From contig OX597836.1 of assembly GCA_951406725.2 (NCBI GenBank), positions 4,278,001 to 4,342,000 of the forward strand: a stretch of 64,000 bases of DNA. Direction: 5' to 3'. The position numbers were made by a program, and so were the translations under genes. Positions 14,752 through 28,593 of the stretch are shown one piece after another. The DNA is from Octopus vulgaris (taxonomy: Eukaryota). The notes beneath the pieces are model-generated. The model made no database searches, was not told the origin of the DNA, and worked only from the letters and a program-made list of their open reading frames with translations. Each line of letters starts with the position of its first letter. Position 1 is the first letter of the stretch.

Positions 14752-14810
14752 CATCACCATCATCATCATCATTATTATTATTATTATTATTGTTATTGTT
14801 ATTATTAATA
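14600..14810. repeat. (GAT)n/(CAT)n/(TTA)n trinucleotide array
   Basis: Direct reading. Confidence 0.95.
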
Positions 14811-14910
14811 CGATTTCGAATGACAGTAAAATATATTATTATATCCGTTTGAATATGCTATATGTAATTAAATACGTACATACATATACGCATATGTACA
14901 TGCATGCATA

Positions 14911-14943
<33 letters not shown>

Positions 14944-15006
14944 GTATACATGTATGTGTAAAAACATACATATATATATATACTAATATATATATATACG
15001 CATTCT

Positions 15007-15065
<59 letters not shown>

Positions 15066-15578
15066 GTGTGTGTATGCATATCTTCGCGCATATGTATATC
15101 TGTATACATACACAAATGTGTGTGTGTGTGAAAGAGCATGTGTCTTTGGGGGTGAAAGAATGTATATACACGTTGGAATGAGTGTGCATGTGTGTGCTTG
15201 TGTGCGAGCGCGCGTGTATGTATGTGTGTGGCTGTGAGTATACACGCGTTTTCCTATGCGTGTGTGTGCGTATTTAGATAATGGTCTCTTACGTAAATCA
15301 GTCACTGAAAAACATTACACATGAATATTTTATTATCGAAATCTAAATAATTTTTACCGAGATGTTCGTCTAACGTGTAATGTTGTTTTAACCTTGTGAT
15401 CAAGCTTCGCTGAACACATCTGTTCACTCTGGTTTAATGTGTTCACATTATTAGTACACAAGTCACCTTCAATATACACACGCCTGCTCATAGATTCATT
15501 CATTCATACATTTCTTTAACAAAATACATTCATAAAAAGATACATTCATCTATGTATATGTGTGTATATATGTACGTG

Positions 15579-15609
<31 letters not shown>

Positions 15610-15611
15610 GA

Positions 15612-15665
15612 TTGATTGATTGATTCTAGTTTCAGCTCATGAGCTGTGGCCATGCTGGGGCACCA

Positions 15666-15668
<3 letters not shown>
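15612..15668 (-). mobile_element. Isolated ~55 bp retroposon 3' tail in (TA)n
   Basis: Reverse complement of 32858-32905 (ggcggtgccccagcatggccacagct..tgagctgaaactaga); related to the family B tail. Confidence 0.7.
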
Positions 15669-15707
<39 letters not shown>

Positions 15708-15710
15708 GTA

Positions 15711-15747
<37 letters not shown>

Positions 15748-15784
15748 GCATGTATGTATCGATATATAAACATATATATATATG

Positions 15785-16075
15785 TGGAGGCGCAATGGCT
15801 TAGTGGTTAGGGCAGCGGACTCGCGGTTTCGATTCCCAGACCGGGCGTTGAGTGTGTTTATTGAGCGAAAACATCTAGAAGCTCCTCGAGGCTCCGGCAG
15901 GGGGTGGTGATCCCTGCTGTACTCTTTCACCACTCTTTCTCCCACTCTTTCTTCTGTTGGCCTGGTCGCTTTGCTAGCGGGTTGGCGTCATTCGAAGGCT
16001 AAAGCAATGCGAGCGCATTGTGACCAGCGATGTGTAACAACATCTGATGGTCTGGTCGGTCACGTGATCACGTGA
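15785..16075 (+). mobile_element. SINE family C (tRNA-Arg-like head), near full length
   Basis: A box tggcttagtgg, B box gtttcgattcc; very similar to 52994-53299; ends cacgtgatcacgtga. Confidence 0.9.
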
Positions 16076-16076
16076 G

Positions 16077-16107
<31 letters not shown>

Positions 16108-16109
<2 letters not shown>

Positions 16110-16315
16110 GTAATCACTCGCCATATCTCGATTCACCTATCGCGCACTCACTAAATCGCGGATTTTTCTGGCTATTATATGTATAAATTCAAATCGCGGA
16201 CTCCACAGTATATCGCGGGTTTCTGCACCGGATAGGCATTGAAATTTTTTAAGATTTTAATTATTTCTTTGGGAGGTTTTGGAACGTAACACCCGCGATA
16301 ATCGAAGTCTTACTG
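16108..16315 (+). mobile_element. Tigger/pogo-like MITE
   Basis: TIRs cagtaatcactcg... and ...cgcgataatcgaagtcttactg-TA; internal atcgcg repeats; second copy at 21152-21354. Confidence 0.7.
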
Positions 16316-16329
16316 TATGAGTAAGTATA

Positions 16330-16450
16330 CACTTGTCCTCATCTAGTTTGTTGTTAACACAACGTTTCGGCTGATATACCATGCAGCCTTCATCAGGTGT
16401 TTCGAGGAAATTTCGAACATGGGTTCTCAATCCTAAGGTATTTTTCCAAA
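16330..16450 (-). mobile_element. Family E tail (hammerhead-bearing, Penelope pLTR-like)
   Basis: Minus strand gaaaaataccttaggattgagaacccatgttcgaaattt matches 18388-18432 (+); contains the hammerhead below. Confidence 0.7.
16356..16401 (-). ncRNA. Minimal type-I hammerhead ribozyme, canonical core
   Basis: Minus strand aacac-CTGATGA-a-ggctg catggtatat cagcc-GAAA-cg-TT-gtgtt: 5-bp stem I, 5-bp stem II, palindromic stem III AACGTT, GUU cleavage triplet. Confidence 0.8.
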
Positions 16451-16705
16451 TTACCCGTCAAATTTTAATAATGTAAATCATGTAAATAATTCTTCATCTC
16501 TTAAATATAGAACTATATATTATATACATATGCATAAATGTCCAGTAGCGTTTATGCATACACATCGCGCACGCACACGCACACACATACCCATTTTTAA
16601 AGGTATGTATAAAGAAGCATAAACGCATACATATATACATACGTATGTATGTATATATGTATATATATATATACATGTACATATATATATATGTATATAT
16701 AGTTA

Positions 16706-16776
<71 letters not shown>

Positions 16777-16838
16777 ATATATACATATATATATATGTAT
16801 ATATATATGTGTGTATATATATACATATATATATATAT

Positions 16839-16904
<66 letters not shown>

Positions 16905-17229
16905 TCACTCTGTAGAGTACAATTATGAGAATGTTTTGCTTTATATTTTGTAATCATCTTTACATAATTCATAACGTTTCTAATTTCGTAATTTCTATTT
17001 AAGTTAACTTTTGCAATTTGTTTGTTTTTTTTTCATGCTGTCGCATTTACTTTTAATTTACTAATTAAACAAGCATTGTTTTTCTCCTGAATAATTTTAA
17101 TTTAATTCATGTAATTTCTAAAAGTAGAAAGTCGTCTACTTAAAAAACATAACAATATATAGAACGTCACTTTTAATATTTTTCTGTGAATTATTGTTCA
17201 TGTTGTTGGTATTGTTATTATTGTGAGTC

Positions 17230-17577
<348 letters not shown>

Positions 17578-17579
17578 AA

Positions 17580-17650
<71 letters not shown>

Positions 17651-17651
<1 letters not shown>

Positions 17652-18318
17652 TGCAGAATATGTGGAGATGGACAAGAAACAATAAATCATATTATCTCTA
17701 GCTGCCCAGTCCTGGCTAAGAAGGAATATATTCACAGACATGACAGAGTTGGAACCTACATACATTGGAAGCTATGCCAACATTATGGAATAACAACAGA
17801 AAAAAGATGGTATAGGCACACACCAGAAAAGGTCACAGAAAACGAGAAAGCAACCATACTCTGGGATATGCCAATACACACAGATAGAGAAATTAAGGCC
17901 AACAGACCAGATATAGTTGTCAGAGATCATGAAGAAAAAAAATGCTTTCTAATTGATGTATCAATACCGGCAGATGACAACGTGTCTCTAAAAGAAATGG
18001 AGAAACTCTCAAAATACAAAGACCTGGAAATAGAGATAACTAGAATGTGGAACCTGAAAACAGAAACAATTCCTATTATAGTAGGTGCATTAGGCATGAT
18101 AAAAAAATATTCAGACAAATACATAACAAAAACACCAGGACTTACAAACACATATAACATACAGAAAATTGCACTACTAGGCACTGCACACATCCTACGC
18201 AGAACACTTTCCATACAATAACCATCAGAGCATCACAACAAATCACAGCACATACCCAAGGCACACAGAGCTGCGCTCGGTAGTGAAGTGAAAGCACGCT
18301 ATAAAAATAAAACTACTG
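17651..18318 (+). mobile_element. 5'-truncated R4/Dong-type non-LTR retrotransposon inserted in (TAA)n
   Basis: Flanked on both sides by (TAA)n; ORF end plus ~100 bp 3' UTR; Dong elements are known to target TAA repeats. Confidence 0.9.
17652..18221 (+). CDS. C-terminal CCHC zinc knuckle and restriction-enzyme-like (REL) endonuclease of an R4/Dong element (partial)
   Basis: CRICGDGQETINHIISSC (CCHC), RHD, WD, NRPD..IDV...EK..KY..L and PIIVGALG motifs; no internal stops; the upstream M and poly-N are microsatellite read-through. Confidence 0.9.
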   Translation, partial: CRICGDGQETINHIISSCPVLAKKEYIHRHDRVGTYIHWKLCQHYGITTEKRWYRHTPEKVTENEKATILWDMPIHTDREIKANRPDIVVRDHEEKKCFLIDVSIPADDNVSLKEMEKLSKYKDLEIEITRMWNLKTETIPIIVGALGMIKKYSDKYITKTPGLTNTYNIQKIALLGTAHILRRTLSIQ

Positions 18319-18325
18319 AATAATA

Positions 18326-18387
<62 letters not shown>

Positions 18388-18389
<2 letters not shown>

Positions 18390-18432
18390 TTGAAAAATAC
18401 CTTAGTCATGAGAACCCTGGTTCGAATTTTTC
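18388..18432 (+). mobile_element. Family E tail, 5' part, directly after (AAT)n
   Basis: cattgaaaaataccttagtcatgagaaccctggttcgaattt matches the reverse complement of 16410-16447. Confidence 0.6.
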
Positions 18433-19754
18433 ACCTTGGAAAAGTAAAAAAGCAAGTATTAGTAAATATTATCTTCATTATTGGTACCTAATTCAACTCT
18501 CGTTGAAGAAACATGATCAGAAATTATGAAGCCTCGATAAAAATTCGTGAAGCTGCAATGAAACACACCGAATTGGTGATGATAATAGTATGAGCTAGAA
18601 GGATACCTATTTCACCCAAGAAGAAAGATTTTAAAAGCTGGCACCTTTTGTTCAAGCTTAAACTATGCAAGGGGAACATGTCTCATCTATGTTTTGATTT
18701 CATGACATCGGGTTGTAATATGCTAAAAATTTGACTGATATTAGTTCTAACATTTCGAGCCACAATGTACGTCTTCAGCGCAGGATTGTAGATTTCGTAG
18801 TAACATTGATTTAATTGAAGCGATGTATTTATTATCCTTTTTGTTTGTTCTTATTCAAAAATATTGGAAATTATTATTATCATTATTTTTTATTGTTGTC
18901 TTTAAAATATTTTTCATAAATTTCGATCGATAATGTAAACATCAATCATAGCATTGAATCCATCCATCGAATCGATGATATTTAGTAATCCAAAGCCGCA
19001 TAGTTTGGTCAAATATTTAGAAATCTATATTTCCAATATCAGGCTCTATAGCGTTATTATCTTACGATATTGATCAGAGTGGAGGAAAACAAAATATGAG
19101 ATAAAGGAGTTCTTAATATTATACAGGATCCTTTTCAAAAATAACTGCGTTGTTTTGAAATCAACGTTCACTAACGTGCCTGAAACGAAAAAGCTTGATC
19201 AATGGAGAAGTTGATGAGTCTGTCACGGACCGGAAACGGGGGGGGGGCATTAACTGCAGATGTGGAAGGAAAGTGGCAACGCATTAACACACAAAAGAAA
19301 TATCAACACTGGACATGGCATTGAAAGACAGAAATACAAACAAATTAAGAAAAACAGATGAAAATATATCTTCTTACAATTTAAAAAGTCAAAATGATCA
19401 AGTGACGGGCTGAGTTTCAGTGGGTGAAAATCACGAGGAATGGAAGGCCCATAACAAAAAATAAATGCAAACAAAGAATATCGCAAAAATGGCATGAGGA
19501 AATGGTAAATATTTGATCAATCCCCAACGATTAGATCTAGTTGGAGTTTGATTAAGTAGCTGCTGCATAAAGATGCACTGAACTAGCCGTAGATCACCAA
19601 TGGTTTGTAGGTGACAATTGGTTAGTTTAGATACTTATAGAAAATTAGAAGTAAATTTATAAGTTCAGATCCATCTAGAACTTTATAAGCAAATTTTGTG
19701 TCCATGGGTAACGACAATTGTTACTCAACATAAAATGAAGATGACTCTTCCGAT

Positions 19755-20110
19755 CAGAATTGTCGATGACCCATCTGGGGTATGATGGAATTTAACACTG
19801 CTGCCCTCAATTGTGCCTCATATCGAGCCATTGGTTCGTCTGGTATTGTGGATAGGAGAGTGTCCATTTCAGTTTTGAAGACTTCCACATCTATATCGTG
19901 TAACTTTCTTAATGGTTTTGGCAGAGAATTGAATAGTTGTGGTCCTCTGAACCCTAGGCTATTCCAGTACCTGGTCCTTATATTAGAAGCATTGGTATCT
20001 TCGGTACTCTGCAGTGGAGTCCAGTACGAGCATTCACATAACACTTGATGCCAAAATTAGGTACTAGTCCTTCCAGTATTTTCCACACGTAAATCATTAC
20101 GTAAATCTGC
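19755..20110 (-). pseudogene. CR1-group LINE 3' fragment
   Basis: Minus strand MIYVWKILEGLVPNFGI then NSLGFRGPQLFNSLPKPLR...FKTEMDTLLSTIPDEP, typical of CR1/L2-group ORF2 C-termini. Confidence 0.75.
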
Positions 20111-20541
20111 CTATGCGAAGTACGCTGAGCTTCGCTCGGTCATGCAGTAAATTTACGTAATCAAGATAAAACAATAAAAAAAATAACACTGCAGATAAAA
20201 AAAAAGTCTACTGCAGCAGTAAGCTGACTATATTTACGTGTAATCTGTGATACGTGTAATGCATCTTAGAAGACCAGAATATGTGAACACATTATCAGGT
20301 TTTCTCTCGTATATTCTGCTTAGATGAGAGGATTTAACGCGATGAAAAGAAATGATGTTTTTAAAGCGATTATCTAATATCAGATTTCCTCACAATTTCC
20401 ATTATATAGATTCTTGCTTGACAAAATCCCCATATTGTTCGCCGATCGAAAACATGTATACACACATAGAGAAAAACGACGTTTGTTAGTGTACTTAGGT
20501 AATTATGCCGGCATGTGTGTGTGCCTGTAAATGTATATATG

Positions 20542-20581
<40 letters not shown>

Positions 20582-20617
20582 GATGTATATATGTATATAC
20601 ATATATATATATATATC

Positions 20618-20760
20618 AGAAATACTAAACTTCTAAATCTCTCGTAGAGACATGTACGGTGGTGAGGCGATAGAATGGTTGTATACTGTAAATGTAACAC
20701 GAACGTGACAGTAGGGGGTACACCACCACTGTTTAGCCCTAGGAAGCATCGACGCCTCCA
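20618..20760. mobile_element. Unclassified ~140 bp insertion in (TA)n
   Basis: Complex sequence with sharp boundaries inside a TA array; no second copy seen in the window. Confidence 0.4.
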
Positions 20761-20785
20761 TATATATATATGCGTGTGTGTGTGT

Positions 20786-20827
<42 letters not shown>

Positions 20828-20929
20828 ATATACATATACAGATGCATACCGATATGCATACACGCACTCATATACACGTGTGTACATATATATATTTATA
20901 TATATATATATATATATCACTATGGATAT

Positions 20930-20986
<57 letters not shown>

Positions 20987-21151
20987 CGTGGTGAAGGACA
21001 TTTCTAGCATGTTTTTAATTTACCATTGCTCTTGTTATTGCGGTTCCCATGTACACTTGTGTTCATGTTACGCCACAACGCATTATATCTTCATATATGT
21101 ACACATATATTCATAATATTTTACACCATACGTCATATTAAAATATATATA

Positions 21152-21354
21152 CAAAAATACACGGACTATCACGGGTGTTGCATCCCCACCGCGATAGGTG
21201 AAAATGCGCGATGTGGAAACTGTACTGTATATATTTTTTATTATATTTATAATTTGCATATATTTATTTTATTAGAAATGTAAAACATGGGAATCGATGT
21301 AAGCTTAAGTAATAAACTGCGTTACGTGAACCGCGATTTGGCGATGGATTACTG
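21152..21354 (-). mobile_element. Tigger/pogo-like MITE, second copy
   Basis: Right end gtgaaccgcgatttggcgatggattactg-TA matches the left end of 16108; left end actatcacgggtgttgcatcc matches its right end. Confidence 0.65.
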
Positions 21355-21424
21355 TACACCTATATACATGTGTGTTTTATGTGTGTGCGCGTGTGCGTGT
21401 GTGTGATCATTTGAGTATGTATAA

Positions 21425-21461
<37 letters not shown>

Positions 21462-21487
21462 CACACACATATATATATATATATATC

Positions 21488-21705
21488 ACGGTACTAGCAG
21501 AGTATCGGATGTTGGTGTACATCACTGGTCACAATGCGCCTGGCTTTTGAACGGTGGTACCCTGCTGGTACCAAATGTTACTCCGTTTATAGGTGACTTA
21601 TTTTTGCAGTTGAGGTAACTGGATATAAAATGAAGTATCTTGTCTAGGATTCAAGATCAAGATCTTGCAACCGTGAGTGGAACATGCTTAGGCATTAAAT
21701 CTCAT
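21488..21705 (-). mobile_element. Diverged SINE, family D-like head with family C-like tail
   Basis: acatcactggtcacaatgcgc is the reverse complement of the C tail gcgcattgtgaccagcgatgt; aaatgaagtatcttgtctagga resembles 59636-59660. Confidence 0.5.
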
Positions 21706-21711
21706 AAATTC

Positions 21712-21750
<39 letters not shown>

Positions 21751-21751
<1 letters not shown>

Positions 21752-22077
21752 TTTTACTCTTTTACTTGTTTCAGTCATTTGACTGTGGTCGAGCAACTCG
21801 GGACTTATCCTTTTGTAAGCCCAGTACTTATTCTATCGGTCTCTTTTGCCGAACCGCTAAGTAACGGGGACAAACACAGACACACAAACACACACACGCG
21901 TATATATACATATATACAACGGGCTTCTTTCAGTTTCCGTCTTCCAAATCCACTCACAAGGCTTTGGTCGGCCCGAGGCTATAGTAGAAGACACTTGCCC
22001 AAGGTGCCACGCAGTGGGACTGAACCCGGAACCATGTGGCTGGTAAACAAGCTACTAACCACACAGCCACTCCTGCG

Positions 22078-22080
<3 letters not shown>
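21751..22080 (-). mobile_element. SINE family B (CORE-like, resembling the octopus OR-type SINEs)
   Basis: Minus strand ggcgcaggagtggctgtgtgg...gggttcagtccc (A/B boxes), ccttgggcaagtgtcttc CORE-like segment, internal microsatellite, (gagtaaaa)n tail. Confidence 0.9.
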
Positions 22081-22123
<43 letters not shown>

Positions 22124-23670
22124 CACATACGCACATACAAAAAATGGCACACACACACACACTAAAGCACACACACTCACGCATACACATGCAAATGTAT
22201 ATTTATCCGATCAGATTAGATTATATTTCTTATTTCTTCGTTTTAAATTCCTTCCCAACTGTTATTGTTTAGAAAGCCGTGATATATAATTTGCATAACA
22301 AATATATCTTTCCAGTTCCTAAACTAGCCTATTCGATCAAGAATTACTACGCTGAAACAGAAAGCTGTCGGAGTCATTACCGTGTTAGTGGTTGCAGTAA
22401 TTTGAGTTAACATTCTGGTAGCTATTTCTGTTAATGTTGCTTTAGTAGATAATGCTTTAGTATGAAGATAATGTTGTGGCTTGAATTCTTTTTAACGAAG
22501 GCGATTTTACTTTTAGAATATGTATTAATCTTCTTTCAATCCGACGCAACCTTTTCTGCAAACGGTCTGCCTTTGCACGCGTGCACATATTTTAAAGCTA
22601 ACACACAAAGGTAAAAAAGAAACAAGGATACGCCATCTTTTCAAGATAGAGTCGAATTTTGGTTTTAATAGATGCATACATACTTTCTAAGGAAAAATCA
22701 AATTTGCTCTCAGCCAAATTTCTGATCAGCCAATGGCAAGAAACTAGAGTAAACAGTTTTACGAGGTATGTCTTTCCCCTCTAGAGTTGAGATCAAATTT
22801 CGGCCTGTCGCGACCATTCTTTAATTAATACATTGTGGTATTAATTTGATGTTAATTTCGCAACTTCTTCTCTGACCATGTCAAGGTATCTTCATTGAGT
22901 GGTGTTTGTGTTTTAAATATTTGTGTTATTTTATTAATTGTTGTGGGTTTTTTTCAATGTGGAGTATCATATTGCTTCTTCCAAAAATAGTTTTAACACA
23001 TGCGACGTTGTTGAAGACGATACGCTTCCGGTCACAACTATCTAATTTTCAAACACAACGTGGATTTAGGCCTGACTTTCACCATACTATTCGTTGTATC
23101 ATTCTATAGCATTTTTTAAAATGCTGGCGACAAACATTCAAGAGTGCTATAACTACACCTGAATTGCTGCTTTTCCAATGTAGCCTCTGATCTACAAAAC
23201 CGTGATTGCAATCTTCTATCGTGACAATTCCATCTTTTTAACATATCTGAAAGATCATGCTATCTTAATGCCATTGTTCGTTTTAATACGGTGACTTTTG
23301 ATAGCCATTTAGCTGCAACATTTAGATGATATCGTGACCACGAGGATGTTATTCGTTCATTTAATTCTAAAAAAGAAACAGATGACCTCGAGAATCCATG
23401 ATCAGATATATCTATCGACTTTTGATCAAACATTATTTCTGATATCCAGCCAAGCTAAATAGCTTATATCACCTACAATCTACTTATTCCAGCACAAACC
23501 GGATTATGCAACACTTGAGTGACAGAACGCAGATCAGGAGGTCATAAAGTGTAACGCTTCATTACTATGCATAATTCAAAATATGCAAGTACTATAAACG
23601 CGAATTGAGCACTTGCGTGGTTTCATACAGCAAAATTAATGGTTTAGACGCACACACACACACTATATAT

Positions 23671-24078
23671 ACTCTTTACTCTTTACTCTTTTACTTGTTT
23701 CAGTCATTTGACTGCGGCCATGCTGGAGCACCGCCTTTAGTCAAGCAAATCGACCCCGGGACTTATTCTTTGTAAGACCAGTACTTATTCTATCGGTCTC
23801 TTTTGCCGAACCGCTAAGTGACGGGGACGTAAACACACCAGCATCGGTTGTCAAGCAATGCTAGGGGACAAACACAGACACACAATCACACACACACATA
23901 TATATATATATATATACGACATGCTTCTTTCAGTTTCCGTCTACCAAATCCACTCACAAGGCATTGGTCTACCCGGGGCTATAGCAGAAGACACTTGCTC
24001 AAGATGCCACGCAGTGGGACTGAACCCGCAACCATGTGGTTGGTAAGCAAGCTACTTACCACACAGCCACTCCTGCGG

Positions 24079-24080
<2 letters not shown>
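23671..24080 (-). mobile_element. SINE family B, full length
   Basis: Most complete copy; highly similar to 21751-22080; tandem ctttact tail. Confidence 0.92.
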
Positions 24081-24126
<46 letters not shown>

Positions 24127-25331
24127 TTTCGGCTGAATAACAATTTTCAGCTGGTAGACATTTGACGATTAGCTGTGCTTAGCGATGGGTGTTGAAATTT
24201 TCGGCCCCGTTTGCCATTATATCACTAACTACATCTCGTTGGACGAATGGGTGGAACAAAGGTTCCTTGTTATTCAAGTATTATTTGAATTACCGTTCGT
24301 TGACGTGTCTTTCGGTGTTTATAACTTTTAATAAAAAAACAAAACAAGAAGTGTCTTTCGCAGAATGATAGTAAAATCATACTCTCGTGGTTGAGTGATT
24401 TGCCTCACTTACAATACAGCTGGTCAGATTTTTTTGAGGACATATTCGGCAATTTAAAAACATAAATCTAATCTAGAAAAAGCCAAAGCACCTTTAATAC
24501 ACATTTTCAGCACAAGATCTCGATAAAGATCTTTTTTTTCTTATAGGATTATCTATGAATCTGCCTTCAGCTTTGAAGACGAGATTGGAATCTTTCTGAT
24601 AAAGCACTGTGACACTGGAAGTTCTAAGCTGATGGATCTCATAGATTTTCGGGTCATCACTTCTAATGATATGAGCCGCTTATACTGCCAGAACACTTAC
24701 GATATTTTTTTTTTGTTTTCATTGATATGGTTCCCAGTCAGAAGCTTCTTAATCCATCCAAAATACCTTGCCAATTTCTAAACTGCGGTGTCCCAAAAAT
24801 ATGACAACGGTGGTTCCCTCTTCATTTCTTATGCTAGCATTTCATCTCTCATGGTTGATCTGAAAGAAAAGAAAAAAAAAACAGTTTCTATTGCTTCGAA
24901 AATAGTACTAAATTGATAATTAACTGTCCTCAAATAATCCCCGGAAGTAGTAGATCTTTATCGTATAACTTTTATTTCCATAAGTCATTAGACTGCGGCC
25001 CTTTGCAGATTGTTTAGTCGAATGGTAAGAAGCGCACCGTATGTATACATATGTATGTATGAATGCATGTATGTATGTATGAAACTTGTTGATATTGTAA
25101 CATTATTTTCAGAAATAAGTATAATAATCTTAGGAAAAAGGTGTTCAATTGAGTATCTGCATATAAATGCAGAGCTATCGACAATTTCAGAATTCCACAT
25201 GTATATGACAAATATTCTCTCTTTCTCTAAACATTCATATATAAATTCATATATGCACATAAATTATATATGAACATATAATTTTATAAAAACGATATGT
25301 CGCTCTGCATATGCGCATATTACATATATAC

Positions 25332-25439
<108 letters not shown>

Positions 25440-25870
25440 GTATATATATATATGTATATATATATGTGTGTGTACATACATATATATATATGTATATATG
25501 TTTGTATTTATATATATATATATATATATATATGCGGGCATGTGTGTGGTATACAGATAAATCTAAGCTTGCTAATATGTAGTTAAACATATATACATAC
25601 CTGGTTATTCACATAGATTTCTACCCAACTACAAACACTCACACACACACACGAAATACATATCCAGATATGCGTACATATGTGCCATCATATTTAACTA
25701 TACATCTACGTACCTATTTTCACATATGCCTGAAGGAATATATTCGTATATAACCGCCCTCCTAATTACATAGCAACTTACATACATACCTCCCTACCAT
25801 CCAACTGCAGATATTACATACAGTCTTACATGAAAATAAACACACTTACATCACATACACGTATATATAT

Positions 25871-25929
<59 letters not shown>

Positions 25930-25982
25930 CGTGTGTTTGTGTGACTGCGTGTACTTGCGTGTATTGTTGTATGTATATATAA

Positions 25983-26022
<40 letters not shown>

Positions 26023-26059
26023 TATATACAAACATCCTACATAAGCATGTAGATGCACG

Positions 26060-26093
<34 letters not shown>

Positions 26094-26613
26094 TGTATAT
26101 ATCCATAACCTATATATGCATGTACATGTACGTTGAAAATAAATAGAATTACAAATTGGTGGCCATGAAAAGAGGGAATTTTCTAATAAGAAACAAATGC
26201 TGAAATGCATCATGGGATTGCTGTTTTTATAGCTAAATACAAATTTAGCCTTGATAATGTTGTTGACGGCTTTGACGTTTAATAAATGCAGAAAGGGACG
26301 TGAACGATTTTGATGAAATTATCGATCCTTCGATGTTTGCAACGATAAAGACGCTGCTTGCTTGTTGATCAAGGGATCCACAACAAATTGTATTCTAACT
26401 GAGCTTGTATATACGGAGTGTCACGTACAACACACGCATGCACAGCAATACACTATAGAAAGGCACCCACAGGCGTATCTATACAAGCATACACAAATTA
26501 TTCCTGACAATACTATCAATCACATAAGCTCCATACGCCCTCACGCACATGCTTGCCTACATTAAGAGTTATTCATATTACTGTTCACACAATGCTTATT
26601 TGGCAACTCGATA

Positions 26614-26645
<32 letters not shown>

Positions 26646-26760
26646 TTGTGTGTGTATGTGTGTGTGTGTGCATTATGTAAGGATTTACATATGTAGGTGT
26701 GTACGAATGAATGCATGGACTTATCTACCTATACACATATGTATGTATATATATATGTCC

Positions 26761-26798
<38 letters not shown>

Positions 26799-26802
<4 letters not shown>

Positions 26803-26864
26803 GTGTGTAAGTGTTGCATGTATGAAAGGATGCACGTATGTAGGTGTGTATGAAAGAATGTATG

Positions 26865-26905
<41 letters not shown>

Positions 26906-26982
26906 GTGTGTAAGTGTTGCATGTATGAAAGGATGCACGTATGTAGGTGTGTATGAAAGAATGTATGTATGTGTATATATAT
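26799..26982. repeat. Tandem duplication of a ~80 bp unit separated by (TA)n
   Basis: acatgtgtgtaagtgttgcatgtatgaaaggatgcacgtatgtaggtgtgtatgaaagaatg occurs at 26799 and 26902. Confidence 0.9.
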
Positions 26983-26996
26983 AGATAGATTTATGA

Positions 26997-27062
<66 letters not shown>

Positions 27063-27094
27063 TTGGTATGTAAGTATGTGTGAATGTAGGTGCG

Positions 27095-27126
<32 letters not shown>

Positions 27127-27146
27127 AATCTATTTATACACACATA

Positions 27147-27214
<68 letters not shown>

Positions 27215-28255
27215 TTTATGTATGCATACTTAGATAGCGTGTGTGTATATGCATATATGTGTCTATGTAGGAATCTAGTAAAGTATGAATGTACGTACAA
27301 TCTTCTGTATGCCTTTGCTTACCGATTTGCGTATTTGCTTTTTGTGTATTTGCATAGATGCAAAAGCAAACACTCATGCTCGTGCCCACACGCCATGTAA
27401 TCTTATTCAGCATCTAACTGCTCTGTGCATGACACCTGATGTAGTTACAGCAATGCAGAAATATTCAAATATGTATAATAATGGTTTTTATTGAAAAATT
27501 TACCTTTACTTTCTTTCTGTTTTTTTTTTTTTTTTACTATTTCAATTAACACCCAGAGCTCACACATAATCTTTCAAAAATTGCAGAAAAAGATAAATTG
27601 AAATTACAAATAGAATTTATATTCCCTTCCGCGTATCTCTCCACCACCCTGAGATTTTAAATCTATGTTCAGGTGTAGATAGCTTATGTGATAACTAAAC
27701 ATTAAAATGCTCACCCAGACCGTTGTATAATAATATCTTTTCACACGTTACGGGTATGCAAATTATATTCATACATACACATATATTTTTGTGTAGGTAT
27801 ATATATTTTTACAGATATGCAGATCGATAAATATACATGTATATGTATACAAATATATATATATATATATGTATGTATATATCTGTGTATAAGTACATAT
27901 ACATACATAACACATATATATTTATATATATATGTTAATACATACATGTATAATACTTACACACACACACACACACACACACTTATAAATGATGTTTAGA
28001 TTATTTTCTTTAGCACTGACATTTAGCATTATCTAAATAAATACCAGCTTCTTAGACATAGCATTATTTTTAACACCAAGCAAGCCCAATCCCTACAGAG
28101 AATTAACTAAGAGATGTGTGCATGTACATGTGTGTGTGGGCATGTGTGTAATGCATGTGTATATGTACATGTGTTTTATGGATGTATACACACACATGTA
28201 TGGACACACGCATACACACTTTCACACAATACACGCACACACGCACACACGCACA

Positions 28256-28297
<42 letters not shown>

Positions 28298-28593
28298 TGA
28301 GTAATTTAATGCATTCTTCTCACGTAGATATCTCGCAAGTAAATTAATCATAAGCATAAAAATCCCTTTTCGTTTCATAGACGGTGTTATAGGAACCTAG
28401 ACTAAAGCGACCATTTCACTATAAATTCTTTCCTCCTGGACGTTGGTGCTCTGTAAGTCAACCTACATCTCAACAACACTAACAAGGTTTCGATCAGGTA
28501 ATTGTACTACCTTATATGAAAGATTCGTTATGGGGGTGAAGCGTAAAGCAACTTCTACTCATAGAGATCATATCAATGTTTAAACTTTCGGCT

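Noticed and set aside
18745-18785. Minus-strand CTGAAGA...GAAAtgtt hammerhead
   Set aside because: Stems I and II pair poorly
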